A DNA stretch of 64,000 nucleotides from the human T2T-CHM13v2.0 reference genome, Homo sapiens: the NCBI RefSeq assembly GCF_009914755.1, contig NC_060929.1; one strand, 5' to 3'. The notes under the pieces were generated by a model. The model saw nothing but the letters and a program-made list of their open reading frames with translations. It was not told where the DNA came from and did not search any database. Position numbers and translations under genes: made by a program. Position 1 is the first letter of the stretch. Every line of letters starts with the position of its first letter. This document shows, piece by piece, positions 1 to 15,050 of this stretch.

Positions 1-99
1 ACTTTTAGATTCAAATGTAAGTAAAACATGGATAGTGGTCAGTTTTTCCTCTGCTCTAAACACAACAGGCTTTTTACTCTTCCCAGCACCAACCATACA

Positions 100-480
100 C
101 TTCATGCTTTTGTACCTTTTCATTCTGCCTAAAATGTTATTTCCCCATTAACACATGGTTAATACCCTGACTGCCTTCAGAATGTTATTTTAAAAGTGGC
201 TTTTCAGTAAAGACTTTCTTGGTCACCTCATCTAAAATGTTACCCCCTACAATATTATTTTCCATTTTTCTGCTTTATTACTATAATTTTATACTTAGCA
301 TGTTTCATCTAACATGCTGTACATTATATTTATTTTGTTTCTTGTCTAACTCCTTCACTAGAATGTAAACTCTATGAGGGTGAATTTTTTTGATCTCTTT
401 TGTTTATTTTTATTCCTCCAATACCTAGAACAGTTCATGACATATGATAGAATGCTCTGTAATATTTACGGTCAAATGGG
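100..480 (+). mobile_element. L2 LINE 3' end fragment
   Basis: CTAGAATGTAAACTCTATGAGGG...CCTAGAACAGTTCATGACATATGATAGAATGCTC resembles the L2 3' terminus; boundaries approximate. Confidence 0.5.
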
Positions 481-1794
481 TAAATTTGTTCAGTGAAAAA
501 TGCAAAGTGCAGGACAACATGTAGAGTTTTGTGTGAAAAGCGGTGAAAATAAGTGTGTGTGTGCTTGTATGTACACAAAACACCCCTGCAAGGGATCATG
601 AGAAAGCAAATCATTGGTTAAATAAAGGCTGAGAACAGTGTATTTGGAGAGGGAGATTGTTCATTGTATATTTTAAAATACATTTCAACTTCTAACTATG
701 TGAATTAAATATTCAAAACATCAGTTAAAAGTAAAATAAAATACTCACAAAAAAATACAAGGTAGAGAGTAGCAAGCACAAAGAAAAAGCGGATAAAGGG
801 CTAGGTGATTTCTAATGAGGGAAACACAGAACAGAGTTGGCTCTGAAGGCTGAGTGCTGGGTGGGCACTACATGACCCTGGAGGAAACAACCCGGGTGAG
901 GAGAACAGCATGAGTTGTCCAGATGCAGAAAAGACAGGGTACAGCTCTGGAAACAGAGGTAGTTTTGTTCAGCTGGAATCAAACATTTAAAAAACTGGAA
1001 AAAAATGTATCAATAGTTGAGAAAAAAATTGTGGAGGCCTCAATTGCCAGGTTACACAATTTGGATTTGGAATTGTCAAATAAGTTCACTCAATAATAAT
1101 AACATGATATACACCCTAAAATTCTATGGTATTGTTAAGGTGCAGATGAACAAGAGTAGACATACATTAACTTAAGAAGCTAGATAAGGCCATCTTGAGA
1201 GGAGAATAGTAGAGGGACAAATTAGACATTTAATATTTTTACAGATTGGTATTTTTCTTACAAAAATTATGATACATATTAACTACAAAAGTATTTAATC
1301 AATATGACATAAATATGGCAAAATTACAGTCTTTACTGTAAATCAGTTTCTCAGAGGTAACTATGTCCTTATAGATACATGTTTACATTATTTTTCTGAA
1401 TTTAAAAAATAAATATATGCTACTTTAATGATGGGGTTCACATTGTGTATACTGTTTTTCAATTTAATTTATTATTTTGGCATCATTACATGCCCATTTG
1501 TACAGGACTAAGACATTCATTTTATAATATATGATGTTCTATTAAGGGGACATATAATTATTTTAAGCAGTTCAATATCAGTAGATATTAGGATTTTTTT
1601 CTGTGTTTTTGTTAAAGACAATAAATATTTTCAGTTAAAAATATCTTCAGATATTGCTATATTTTTATTGCTATTGCCCTTAAATTTTCATTGTGTTCAT
1701 GAAGTTGATAGGTATTTGAAAGCTAGCTTCTATTACAAATTACTCAATATAGAAATTCTAACAATGTTAGAGAAAAATTGAGAACCAATTTTGT

Positions 1795-2342
1795 GTTTTA
1801 GTTATTTATTGGTATAACACACCGCCTCCAAATTTGTTTTTTCTTAACATCAATTTGTTATTTCTTTCTGCTTCTGTGTGTTGACTGAGCACCTGTAGGC
1901 ATTTCTCATTTGGAATCATTTATGCTGTTGTAAATAGATGGCACCAGGGTCTGGAGTCATCTGAAGGCTTAAGTGGGCTGGTGCCTAAGATGACCTCTGC
2001 ATTCATAGTCAGGTGCCTCACTCTCCATGCTTTCACACTTTTCACTTCCTCTCCATGTGATTTGGCTTTTTAAAGAATGTGGTCTAGTAGTGTACCTCAT
2101 ATATGGTAGCTAGCTTCGAAGAAGCAAGAAACAATTCACCAGGCCAGTTAAGGATTATGCCCAGAATTGGCATAGCATTACACCTGTCACATTCTTTTGG
2201 TTAAAGCTGTCACAGAGCCCATCTAAGTTCAGTAAAGTGGAGAGACTAATTCTCGATAGAGGAGTGGCAAATTCAGATCACAGAAGAACGTATGCGATGG
2301 GAGATCTTGTAATGATATTTTGGAAAAATACTATCTGCCATA
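1795..2342 (-). mobile_element. MLT1-family MaLR LTR (old, diverged)
   Basis: MLT1-like motifs (GGAGTCATCTGAAGGCTT, CACATTCTTTTGGTTAAAGC, terminal CTGCCATA); boundaries approximate. Confidence 0.55.
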
Positions 2343-2547
2343 GTATGTTATGTATGTTCTCTTAGGAGTAAAGTTTCTACTTCACCTTTTCTTTTTCTGA
2401 TAAGAAGCCATCTGTGTTACCCACTTGAATTATGGCTACAAGATGCACCTGGTACTAGTTGTTTACCCAGTCATTGTGTTGTTTGTGCTCAAGTTTCTCT
2501 ACAGTTTCTCTCTGTATGTCATGCATACAAGTTGTAAAAATGTAATA

Positions 2548-3400
2548 ATTCTTTCAGTAAATATTTATTAAGCACCTACTGTGCACCAAGTCCTTTCATC
2601 TATCTACAGAGATGAACATTATACATTTCACATTTTCAAACTGTCTGTCTCACAAATGAAGTAGGAAAAACAGATACCTAACCAAATGTAACAAAGTGTT
2701 AAAGACGCAATGGGAGAAGATGTCCTTTCAGAGTGGGTTGGTGTAAAACTGGGAGAGTGGTCATCAAAAGGTTAATAGTGGAGATGTCAGAAGATGAGGC
2801 TTGCAGATAAATTAGAGTCACTAAAATCTGCTGATGAGATTTGAGACTCATCACAATGGTTAAAGTGTGGCAAGGCATTTGAGATAGGGAGAAAAGTCAG
2901 GAAGATATAAAACAGATGGACAGAGGGGACACGAATGGTTTTACATTCTAGAAAAACAAAATATTGTAGCAGTGATATAGAGAATGAATAGGGGGAGTAT
3001 AAGATTAGAGGCAATATATTATAGTACAGTATATTTCTTGGTGAGAGGTAAAGCCTAAATTAAAAATAAAAGGGAGGCAAAAGAATGGAGATATGATACA
3101 GACACAAAATGGTTTAGCAGGTAAATTTATAGATTTGTTCATTGACTGCTTGGGTGTTAGGCTGAGAAAGAGAAGGGAATCTAGGCTGACTCCCAAGTGT
3201 CCCAGAGGGCACGTGGTGCCTGGAAATGCTATACACACACACAGAAAGATGCAGGAGAAAGAGAAGAATTTTAAGAATCTGTTATTGAAGTCCATGGAGA
3301 ATCCAGGTGAAAATGTCCTTCATTCCATTCAAAGATCTTAATCAGGACATATAGATTTGAGACTCATCAGCAAGTAAGTAGCAACTGAATGTATAAGCTC
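2548..3400 (-). mobile_element. L2 LINE fragment
   Basis: Begins with the L2 3'-end signature AAATATTTATTAAGCACCTACTGTGCACCAAG, followed by purine-rich L2-like body. Confidence 0.45.
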
Positions 3401-3410
3401 AATTAGCTCC

Positions 3411-3856
3411 TGATATGGTTTGGCTCTCTGTCCCCATCCAAATCTCATCTCGAGTTGTAATCGCCATATGTCCAGGGAAGGAGGTGATTGGATCATGGGG
3501 CAAGTTCCCCCATACTGTTCTGGTGATAGTGGGTGAGTTGTCATGAGATCTGATGGTTTTATAAGTGTTTGACAGTTCCTCCTTCACATGCTCACACTCT
3601 CTCCTGCTGCCTTGTGAAGAAGGTGTCTGCTTCCCCTTACACCATGATTGTTAAGTTTCCTGAGGCCTCCCCAGCCATGTGGAACTGTGAGTCAATTAAA
3701 CCTACTTTGTTTATAAATCACCCAGTGTTGGGTAGTATCTTTATATTATCTATACTGGATACAAAAGCAACTGTGGTTTTTGCCATTGAAAGTTATGGCA
3801 AAAACCACAATTACTTTTGTACCAACCTAATGGCAGCATGAGAACGGACTAATACA
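3411..3856 (+). mobile_element. MST (MSTA/MSTB-like) MaLR solo LTR
   Basis: TGATATGGTTTGGCT start and GGACTAATACA end; exact 5-bp TSD GCTCC at 3406-3410 and 3857-3861. Confidence 0.9.
3751..3830. mobile_element. MADE1 (Hsmar1-derived MITE) nested in the MST LTR
   Basis: 80-bp near-palindrome ...CAAAAGCAACTGTGGTTTTTGCCATT-GAAAGT-TATGGCAAAAACCACAATTACTTTTGTACCAACCTAA; left TIR end decayed. Confidence 0.9.
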
Positions 3857-4159
3857 GCTCCTGTAAAGGGAGAATGTATTAAAGAGACTGAGCAAGGAAG
3901 ACAACCAGGCAAGAGTGTAATAGGGAAATGGGTAGACAGAGTTGCAGGATGAGAGTAGTGTGCAGTGTACTAGTTCAAGAGAAGTCAGACAACGTAGGTC
4001 AGCAAAGAGTCCATTCCATTCGGGCATTAAGAGACACTGGTACCTTTGCCAGAGGCTGTTCAGTACAGTTTTGTCAGCTAAAGACAGTTTTGGGTCAAAA
4101 GGGTGGGGGAGAAGTGAGACAGGAGAAACGATTTTAAAATTATAGCGTTGTTTTCAATA

Positions 4160-4749
4160 CAGCCATGTGTTAAATAACAATATTTCAGTCAGTGATGGAC
4201 CACGTATATGAAAGTGGTCCCATAAAATTATAATAGAGCTAAAAATCCCTATCGCCTAGTGACACTGTAGCTATAGTAACATCATAGTGCAATGCATTAC
4301 TCAAGTGTTTGTGGTGATGCTGATGTAAACAAACCCGCAGCACCACCGGTCATATAAAAGTATAGCACACAGAATCATGTACAGTACCTAATACCTGACA
4401 ATGATAATAAATATTTTACTGGTTTATGCATTTATTATACTATGTTTTTTAATCATTATTTTAGAGTGTACTCCTTTTACTTACCTAAACAAGTTAACTG
4501 TAAAACAGCCTCAGGCAAGTCCTTCAGGAGATATTTCAGAAGAAGGGAGTGTTATCATAGGAGATGACAGCTCTGTGCATGTAATTGCCCCTAAAGACCT
4601 TTTGGAAAGTAAGTTGTGGAGGAGGAAGAGAGTAATATTGATGATCCTGACCCTATGTAGGCCTGAGCTAATGTGTGTGCTTTTGTCTTTGTTTTTGTCT
4701 TTAGTTTTTGTCTTAGTTTTCATTTCTGTCGTTAAGTGATGCTAGATTG
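4160..4749 (+). mobile_element. Tigger3b-like DNA transposon, internally deleted
   Basis: TA|CAGCCATG...GGTCCCATAAAATTATAAT start and GTCGTTAAGTGATGCTAGATTG|TA end match Tigger3 TIRs with a TA TSD. Confidence 0.8.
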
Positions 4750-5289
4750 TATTTACTTCAATATTTTGATTTATTCCACTTTTAGTGGTATTCTTTTTAT
4801 GTCTAAATGTGCAACATACTTTATTCTGTAACTCCATTACATACAGCTTTAAGGCTGACTTATTTCCTGATAATCAGTTTTCTCTAAATCTAAAAATAGT
4901 ATATATATGTGGGTTGATTTGTGAACTACATTTTTTCACATGCTATGTTAGCATCTAGATGAACTTAATTCCTTGTCTCAACAAACTTTCCTCAACATGC
5001 TTAAAATGTCTACTTTAGAAAATCATTCTTACAGGTTTAAGTGTTTTCATTCTTATGTGACCCTCCTTAAAATATAAACTTTCTTGGTTGATATAGCATC
5101 TTATGAATGAAATTGCATTGAGAAGGGATAGGATAGACTGTGGTGGGAAAGGATATAAACTTTCAGTATGAGCATGGGAGGATGGGTTGCACTGGGGCAT
5201 TTGGAAAGTAACTTGAATTCCCAGAAATAGTGTAACTTCTGCTATCTAAATTCTGATAACATTTCCAGCAGGGAATGAAATAGGGGAAT

Positions 5290-5500
5290 AGTCTTTACTG
5301 AGTATCCACTGTGTTCTCACATGTATGTTATCCCATTTTGTAGTCACAAATATCCTCCAGGGTAGATATTATTATCCCTATTTACAGATGAGAATATTAA
5401 GGCCCCTAAAGGTTGAATTATTTGCTCAGGTTTGCATTGCTCATTAAAGAGTGAGAATTTGAATGAAAAATTTTCTATACCCTTTGCACTTTCGAATACT
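5290..5500 (-). mobile_element. MIR SINE
   Basis: MIR core TATTATCCCTATTTACAGATGAGAATATTAAGGC. Confidence 0.6.
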
Positions 5501-5617
5501 TAGGCTGACCCTATTCCTACCAACATGTGAGACTTACCTACATTCCTGGGTTTTTTGTTCCTGTGCCTCAGATTAGAACTGAAAGTCCTCCATCTTCTCC
5601 TTCTCATACATTTTATT

Positions 5618-6197
5618 GTATCAGTCAAGATTCTTTTGGTTGCTAATAACAGAAACTTAATTATGATGGGTTTAAGCAGAAAAGGCGATTTATTGGCTCA
5701 CATAATTTAAAGTTCTGAAGGATATTGAAATTTAGGTATAGTTGAATTCAGGGATCACAAAAAAAGGTTGTCAGGAATTTTTTTTTCTATATATGGTCAT
5801 TCTTTTCACTTGTATTGGCCTCTTTCTCAGACAGGGTGTCCCCATATGGTGGCAAAGGTCACCAGTAGATGCTCCAGGTTGACATTGTACTAGTTGAGTA
5901 GAACCAGATGAAAGAAAATGTCTTTCCGAAAACTCTTCAAATACATCCTGCTATTGTTCCTATCTGACTGTCAGTTTCAGTCACATGCCCATCCTTGAAC
6001 TAATCCCTGGGATGTCTGGGGGGTGCTGTTCTCAGTGGCTGGCTTGAGTGGACATCCTCTCATGAGGCTTAGCTTCACCCAAAACACTGCAATCAGAAGT
6101 AGGGGAAGGGTGTTTCTCCACAGGAAAATGAAGATGCTAATAAGAAAAAAAGGGGAATAGAATCCTGGACGGTCAGAAATGACAGATGTCCACTACT
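5618..6197 (-). mobile_element. MLT1 (K/J-like) MaLR LTR
   Basis: TGTATCAGTCAAGATTCTTTTGGTTGCTAATAACAGAAAC ... GTCACATGCCCATCCTTGAAC ... CAGATGTCCACTAC. Confidence 0.6.
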
Positions 6198-6430
6198 CAT
6201 TTTCACATTATTATCCCCCTTGGGCCTTATGCTCTAGTCAGTGATAAAGACATGATTATGAAATAATTTTCTAATTTGCACATTCCTACCTGTTGTTTCC
6301 CTTCCACTCCACCAGTTCTTTTCAAAGACTTGATCTCAGAGCTTTCTCCATCTTTACTCTGCATTCTGAAAGCATTGAGAGATTTGCTCATTTTCTGAAT
6401 TATATTTTGGTAAATGTTCTTAGGTTGTTT

Positions 6431-6478
6431 TATATATATGTGTGTGTATATATACGTGTGTGTGTGTATATATATATG

Positions 6479-6525
<47 letters not shown>
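6431..6525. repeat. Compound (TA)n/(TG)n microsatellite
   Basis: Seen directly. Confidence 0.95.
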
Positions 6526-6526
<1 letters not shown>

Positions 6527-7172
6527 ACCTTTTCCATATATACTAGAGCAGGGGCTACCTCTTATTTTATTTATGTAAGTATTCAAAGCCCAGGAGATAG
6601 GAATCTTCACAGTAAATAGATTATAATTTGTCTGGAAGACAATCATCCTCAGCCTTTTTCCAGGTTACTCAATGAAACTAAAAGGTTGAATTTAGGGAAA
6701 GTCATTTATTAGAATGCTTTGTGGTTATATTGGAAGAAAATAATTTGAACCCGCCAAAAGGTATTTGAAAATAATTTGAACCTACCCTTCCATTAAGATA
6801 CTCATTCATTCATTCATTCATTCATGCTATGTTTTGTTAAAGATTTTTTGGGCCGTTCCTTAGAAGGTTTCATATTTCTAACTGATGAATGAAGTGCAAC
6901 TCCACAAAATTCCACCTTTACTCTATCTTTCAACTTCAGTTCCTCTTCTTTTCTTCCTTGATGCTTCTCCCATGCATTATCATTCTTCCTTCCTTTTTTC
7001 TTTTTGTCCCACCGCATTACTCCTTTCCCCTTGTAGCATTCCTTCTCCATTTCTTGAGTTAATTAGCACTATAATTAAATTTTATTTGACTACAGCTTTT
7101 TAACCAATCCTTAAGAGATAAGTAGCAATAAAAATTATTGAAATTTCTCTGTTATTCCTTTGTCCAGGATAA

Positions 7173-7520
<348 letters not shown>

Positions 7521-7663
7521 AAGGCTCTTTCTAGAAACAGAATCCAAAGAAAAAAAGCAAATTAGTATAGAAATTCTCATGAGCATCTACTTGGTAGTTC
7601 TGTATCACACAGTGAATATGAGAAAAAAATTTCTTCCGACAAGTTATTTACAGGGCAGCTTTT

Positions 7664-8826
<1,163 letters not shown>

Positions 8827-9274
8827 TGACAAAAGCAAGCAATGGGGAAAAGATTCCCTATTTAATAAATGGTGTTGGGAAAACTGGGTAGCCATATGTA
8901 GAAAGCTGAAATTGGATCCCTTCCTTACACTTTATACAAAAATTAACTCAAGAAGGATTAAAAACTTAAATGTAAGACTTAAAAACTTAAATGTAAGACC
9001 TAAAACCATAAAAACCCTAGAAGAAAACCTAGGCAATACCATTCAGGACATAAGCATGGGCAAAGACTTAATGAATAAAACACCAAAAGCAATGGCAACA
9101 AAAGCCAAAATTGACAAATGGGATCTAATTAAACTAAAGAGCTTCTGCACAGCAAAAGAAACTGTCATCAGAGTGAATAGGCAACCTACAGAATGGGAAA
9201 AATTTTTGCAATCTATCCATCTGCCAAAGGGCTAATACACAGAATCAACAACTTAAACAAATTTACAAGAAAAA
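8827..9274 (+). mobile_element. L1PA ORF2 segment, inverted 5' part of the same insertion
   Basis: Translates as L1 ORF2 ([15 protein letters not shown]...[10 protein letters not shown]); ends at ACAAATTTACAAGAAAAAA, adjacent in the L1 consensus to where the minus part stops. Confidence 0.9.
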
Positions 9275-9630
9275 AGCTTTTCATTAATAGCATGAAAAAA
9301 AATCCCCTTCATAATATCTTCATTCTAAGCAAAATATTCCACCACGTAATTTCATAATTTCATGAATTTTAGTATAATTTGTTAAAAAATTATTAGTATA
9401 AATTATTTATTTGCTAATACCAAAATAAAATTAGACTAAAAAATTCTTTTCTTGTATTACAGCAAATCTAAATGAAATGGAATGGTTTGTGTTGTTTTAT
9501 TCCTTTCAAATATTTATCAATCTGGCAAAAAAATACATCCTAACACTTTTTCTTGATAAATCCTGGTTCTAATATTTTTTCTTGTTTAATGTCTGTACAA
9601 CAACTGAATTGTTGTATAAAGAGAAATGAG

Positions 9631-9912
9631 GGCCGGGTGTGGTGGCTCATGTCTGTAATCCTAACACTTTGGGAAGCCGATGCAGGCAGATCACCTGAGG
9701 TCACGAGTTTGAGACCAGCCTGGCCAGCACTACTAAAAATACTAAAATTAGCCGGATGTTGTGATGCACACGGGTAATCTCAGCCACTCAGGAGGCTGAG
9801 GCGTGAGAATTGCTTGACCCAGGAGGTGGAGGTTGTAGTGAGCCAAAATCACGCCACTGTACTCCAACCTGGGCAACAGAGTGAGGCTGTCTCAAAAAAA
9901 AAAAAAAAAAAA
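9631..9912 (+). mobile_element. AluS with a small internal deletion
   Basis: GGCCGGGTGTGG start, A tail, TSD AGAGAAATGAG. Confidence 0.9.
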
Positions 9913-10679
9913 GAGAGAGAGAAATGAGAAACTGTTTAAATTTGCATCTTAGTTGCCCATAAAAATTTGGTTTTTATTGTTTTATTATTGTTTATTATTT
10001 AAATTACTACAATTATTTTATAATTGTTTATTTCTTTTCATTGTTTTATTGTTTTATTTTGGCTTTTAAAATTCTAATTTTATTGTGCTTTACTGCAAAG
10101 TTATTGTAGATGTATATCTGTTTTAAATAAAAGAAAAATAAAATGAACATATTATAAAGCAAGGCAAGCTTCAGAACAAATCTCAAGTGCAAATAATTTT
10201 CCTGTTCTCCTACTGAGGAAGAGAAAAGTAGGAATTGAACCAAATAACACTGCCACGATATTATGGTGATGTCCATGGCAGTGATCCTGGTGGTGAATTG
10301 AGAGCAATTTATTTTTTATACAGGATATTTAACCTTTCCTGACAGTATGAAATGCTTCATAAAGATATTTTCCTGTATTTAGTCTCTAATATCTCATGCA
10401 CTAATATCCCAGAGAGCAAGTCTATGCAGGACCTAAAGGGAGAGATGAAAATGAATGGACATAACGCTTGCCCAACAAAGTTTATAGTCTTGTTGGAGTG
10501 GCTGTAAATTACCTTTATTTTTGATTATTTTTTCTGCCTTGACTTGAGAAAATCCCAGCTAGGTAATTGTAAAAGCAAAGCAAAATAAAACAACACTCTA
10601 CTCTGTTTTTGTTGCCTGGTTGAAAAAGAGAGAATATTTTAAAACATATTTTCTTTATTTTCCCTTAATATTATTGTAG

Positions 10680-10977
10680 TATATTTGTGTATATAATGAT
10701 ATGTTATAATATCATATGATAATCCTATATAATACTAGAAATAATGTATGATATACCATATATATCTATGATAATACTATATGATAATACTATGTATACT
10801 ATATATAATATCTATGATAGATACATGAGAACATGTCATATGATACTATATATGATAATACTATATATAATATCTATTATATGATAGATGTATTATATAT
10901 ATTATATGTATATATATTTTTGTGTGTGTGTGTGTGTGTATATATATGTGAAAACATATATAATTCACATATATATA
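10680..10977. repeat. AT-rich degenerate minisatellite (ATATGATAATACT-like) plus (TG)n/(TA)n
   Basis: Seen directly; abuts the AluJ tail. Confidence 0.8.
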
Positions 10978-11263
10978 TTTAGAAACAGAGTCTTGCTCTG
11001 TCTCCCAGGCTGGAGTGCAGCAACATAATCATTGCTTATTGTAACCTCGAATGCCTGGGCTGAAGCAATCCTCCTGCCTCAGCCCAGCAGGTAGCTAGGA
11101 CTACAGATGTGCTTCACCACACCTGGCTAATTTTTGTTATTTTTTTGTAGAGAAGGGGTCTCGCTGTGTTGTCCAGGCTAGTCTCAAACTCCTGGCCTCA
11201 AACTATCTTCCCAACTCAGCTTCTCAAAGTGCTGGAATTACAAGTGATAGCCACCATGCCCAG
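10978..11263 (-). mobile_element. AluJ
   Basis: AluJ diagnostics (CTGGGCTGAAGCAATCCTCCTGCC, GGGGTCTCGCTGTGTTGTCCAGGCT). Confidence 0.85.
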
Positions 11264-14200
11264 CGTGTCATAGTACAACTAACACTCAGTTCTTTGCAAA
11301 GCTTTTGTCTCCCACAGTTGAGAATGGTCCTGAAAAGATATATACAATTAACATAATGTGGCCTATAAGATGATAATCATATTGTATCAAAGCAAAAGGA
11401 ACACGCACATTTCCTATACGTTGAAAAGGTGGTCTTGCATTTTCTATGCTGAGACCAGGAGTAATTTGTATATGAAAGTTGCTCACAACACATGCATGCA
11501 TATGCACAAATATTCAATAAAGCGATCACTGAAAATAATTTTTTTGTAGCAGGCATTTACAAACAATGGCTCAAAATTGTGTGACAATCTCAGTGGTCCT
11601 GTGGCCATATCTAAAGATGCCCAGAGCCATCCTAGATTTCTGCATGGCCCTCAAGAGATGGGAGACCAATAATCTTGGAGATACTGTTGAAAAGTGCATG
11701 TAGAGGCTCAAAGTCAGTACAGGACAGAACTCTCACAAAGGATCAGAAAGCCTTAAGAAATACACAATTACAGGTTTCTGTTGAGAGGAAGTCTTTTAGC
11801 CATTTTTTATTGTTACACAACTGTTTTTTAAACTAACCAAAGACTTCCCCTGCATTCCATTGGTGCTTTTATGTACTTTAAAATTTTATTAAAAAATTTT
11901 ACATGTAAGTATATGAAATAAACGTAAAGATCAACTTCAATAAAATGAGTTCATTCAGTTCTTCATTTAACCAACTCCTCTTAATGTAAAAAATATATAA
12001 TTCACATTCCACAGATTTATTTTACCACCAGATTTGAGATAAATCCACACTGCTGATATATCTGTTCTGCCTTCATGCCCAGAATTTTCCCCAGTGGCCT
12101 GAAAAAATGAGAGCAGACCTTCCTAGAGAGCCTGTCCTATGACCAGGGACTTACACACAGGCGGACTCATTCTGAATCTCTAGTAATTAATTATCATCAG
12201 TTGTCTCACTGACAGCTGGGGGCCACATTTAGCCAACCAGCTGCCCTGCATTGTACAATGCTATATTTGTTCTAAGCCCCTTGGGTGATTCTTGCTGTAT
12301 GTAAAATAGCAGCAGTTGTAGTACCATTTGCTTCCGCATAGATGCTTTATGACTTGTGTGTCAAGACTATGGCAACCCTTCAGGACCAATGAATGCCTGG
12401 TAAATACCGTGAGATGACTCCTTGGCCATGAGCAGGGAGAACAGGAAATTATTAAACCACAAGTGGAAGTAAAATAGAACACCCAATAAAATGGCATTAA
12501 AGTGTGAAGTTAGTTCAAGTCTTATTTAATTATTTTGCTTATTAGGGATTTTATATAGAGATTTTAAGTGGAAGTTCAAACCCTCAACAAGGACCCCTGT
12601 GAATGTTTGTGCCCAGCTATAGAAAATAGTCTGGGGCAATACATGTCTTATCAGGCTGTGACAAACATAATTAACAGAGCCTAGCTGGTTACTATATCTT
12701 ATTGATCTATGAGTTAACAGATGATATTCTGTCTGCAATATCCGGTGCCCCTATCTGTTTCTTTATATATCCACAACATACTCTTTTGTAATATATCAGA
12801 ATGAATCTGAGCCTTGGAAGGAACACAGTGGAGTAAGAAAATCCTGAATTTGGTATGTTATTCAAACAAAACTTCTCAGACTTAAGATGCCAAAGGCTAA
12901 TAGATTCATAATCTTAAAGAAAGTTCAGAAAACTGGATGCTGTTTTTGTCCTGAATTTCCTTTTGGTGTTTTTAACATGAACCTATGAAATGATTTTGAA
13001 TACTTTACATGTTTAGCAGAGACTATTTTTCTATTCCTGGAATGCCCTTCAGATAAACTTCTTGTTTATCTCTTTGTCTGGCTCCTATCTTCCTGGGAGT
13101 TTTCCCTTATGAATTTAATATTAATTCAAATGAATGCAGGACTGGAGGTGGGAATTAGTCTCAATTCTGAATAGGGGTCAATTCTGAGTTCATACCAGCT
13201 CTATCATGTCCACATGTTTTTGACTTGATCAGATTTATCAGAGGCCAGATCTAGTAGTGTTTGTTCTGGGACTGACTAGTTACTGCTAGTCTCTTTTTTG
13301 AAGTGATTGCTATCATGGACGTCAAAATTTATTAAAGCTCAATTCATGACAACTTTGTAGTTAACACCTAAACATTTTTTTTTGAAATCCAATAACAACA
13401 GTGTGCATAAGGACCCGTAATTATGATATATTTTTGTGTATATGTGTGTGTACATGTGTATATATTTACTAATAGTGTAACTAGAAACTTGGTTTCAAAC
13501 TGTGTCTATAAACTTAGATTCACATTCTTGAAGACTTCTTTGAACTATTAGTCACTTAGGATGTTAGTTGAAAAAGATATCATCGTACTAAAGCAGTCCT
13601 AGTAGTCACTGCAATTTTGCTCATCTTTTAGAACTTCTTTTCCTAGTTTCAGTTTGACATTCCTCTGACATGAATTTGAAAAGTATATCTTAGCTTTGTA
13701 AAATTCACATCAACATCTGTTCACCACTATAAAAGTTTATAGTTATGTGGAAATTTAAAATGTAAATCAGATATCATTTTCTGTTACAACTTTCGATTAA
13801 AAAGAAATGGCTAGATTTTAAGGGAATCTATGTTAGCAGAAGGATTCTCAAATAAATACCTTTTTACGGTAGAATCTAAGTTCACGCTAGCCAATGTCAT
13901 TTTTCTCTTTTGGTGTCCTTTTGTGTTTTTGACATACAATGGGAAACAAGAGCCTTCTCCAAAATACTGCTAGTAGAAAAAATTAAAACTTGGTAATACA
14001 GGGTAATCTCCTGTCCTAGTCTACATTTTCTTAGGGATGATAGTAGTGTTCCTGAGGAAAGTTGAAGGCTAGTTCTTCCACTTTCAAACTTGCTTCAAAT
14101 TTCTCCATCAAAAAAGAGAGGTTTCTCTGACCTAGAATGAGGTAAACTTCAATAATGGGGACAATGTTAGTGAAAAGGCTTTACACACTGTTAAGTGATT

Positions 14201-14714
14201 TACAAAACTACCTCAAATAATAGAAACTCAATAATGGCTTTGGAATGAGTGAAGGTACAGAAGGAAAACTGCACAATAAAAGCAGAGAAAAAAGTCAGAC
14301 CCTTGCTATGAAAGAGAGGCTTTTTATCCAATGGCATTGTAAGTTATTTACTCTTTTATTCCTCTTAACAAATGAAATGTATTAGGAAAATTAGTGTTCA
14401 GACAATATGTTAAACTTAAGGAAATCAGAACTTTGTGAGTAATTCATCAGCATCTCACATGCTTGAGTGTTGGGAATTTAAAAATAGAAGAGTGCTGAAA
14501 TTTATGGCATCTAAAGTTGAATGTCTATAATAAGTAAAAAATAATGTCATGGAGTCTTTCATTTTCAGTTTTCACAATTCAACTTATCTACAAACCTCTT
14601 CTGTTTTCATTGTAAATAGTAAACCTAGCTATCACTGTAAAGTCAGCTAATAGGTAAAAATGCTCATTTATCACATTTTGATTCTTTGACTCCAATCAGT
14701 AAGATAAATGAACG

Positions 14715-14885
14715 GACTTTGGTGTCAGAGATACCTACCTTTGCAATTACTCTCAGCTCTGAAAGTGTTTCTTCATCTGAAAGTGGTCATAATGGTACTT
14801 ATCTTTTAGAGTTGTTAAGTATTAAGATATGTGATATGTGAAAGGTGTTTCAGTCCGGTGTCTAAATGCACAAGAAATGGTGGCT
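14715..14885 (+). mobile_element. MIR SINE
   Basis: GGACTTTGGTGTCAGAGA ... AGTGTTTCTTCATCTGAAAGTGG ... ATTAAGATATGTGATATGTGAAAGG. Confidence 0.5.
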
Positions 14886-14919
14886 ATTATCAAAACAACT
14901 TTCAGTGGTCCTGTCTGGT

Positions 14920-15050
14920 TAGGGTGACCATGTAATTTATCATCCAAGACAGGGAGCTTTTGAGAATAAAAGCAGAAGCTACTCATAATTACATTAGAAC
15001 ACGAGGCATAAACCAGGACTATGGGCAAACTGAGAACCATAGTCATCCTA
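14920..15050 (-). mobile_element. MER94-like hAT-Blackjack MITE
   Basis: TIRs TAGGGTGACCAT ... ATAGTCATCCTA, about 131 bp, internal sequence matches recalled MER94. Confidence 0.75.

Noticed and set aside
6227-6646. His/Thr- and Val/Cys-repeat ORFs (also 44452-45155)
   Set aside because: Produced by (CA)/(TG) microsatellites
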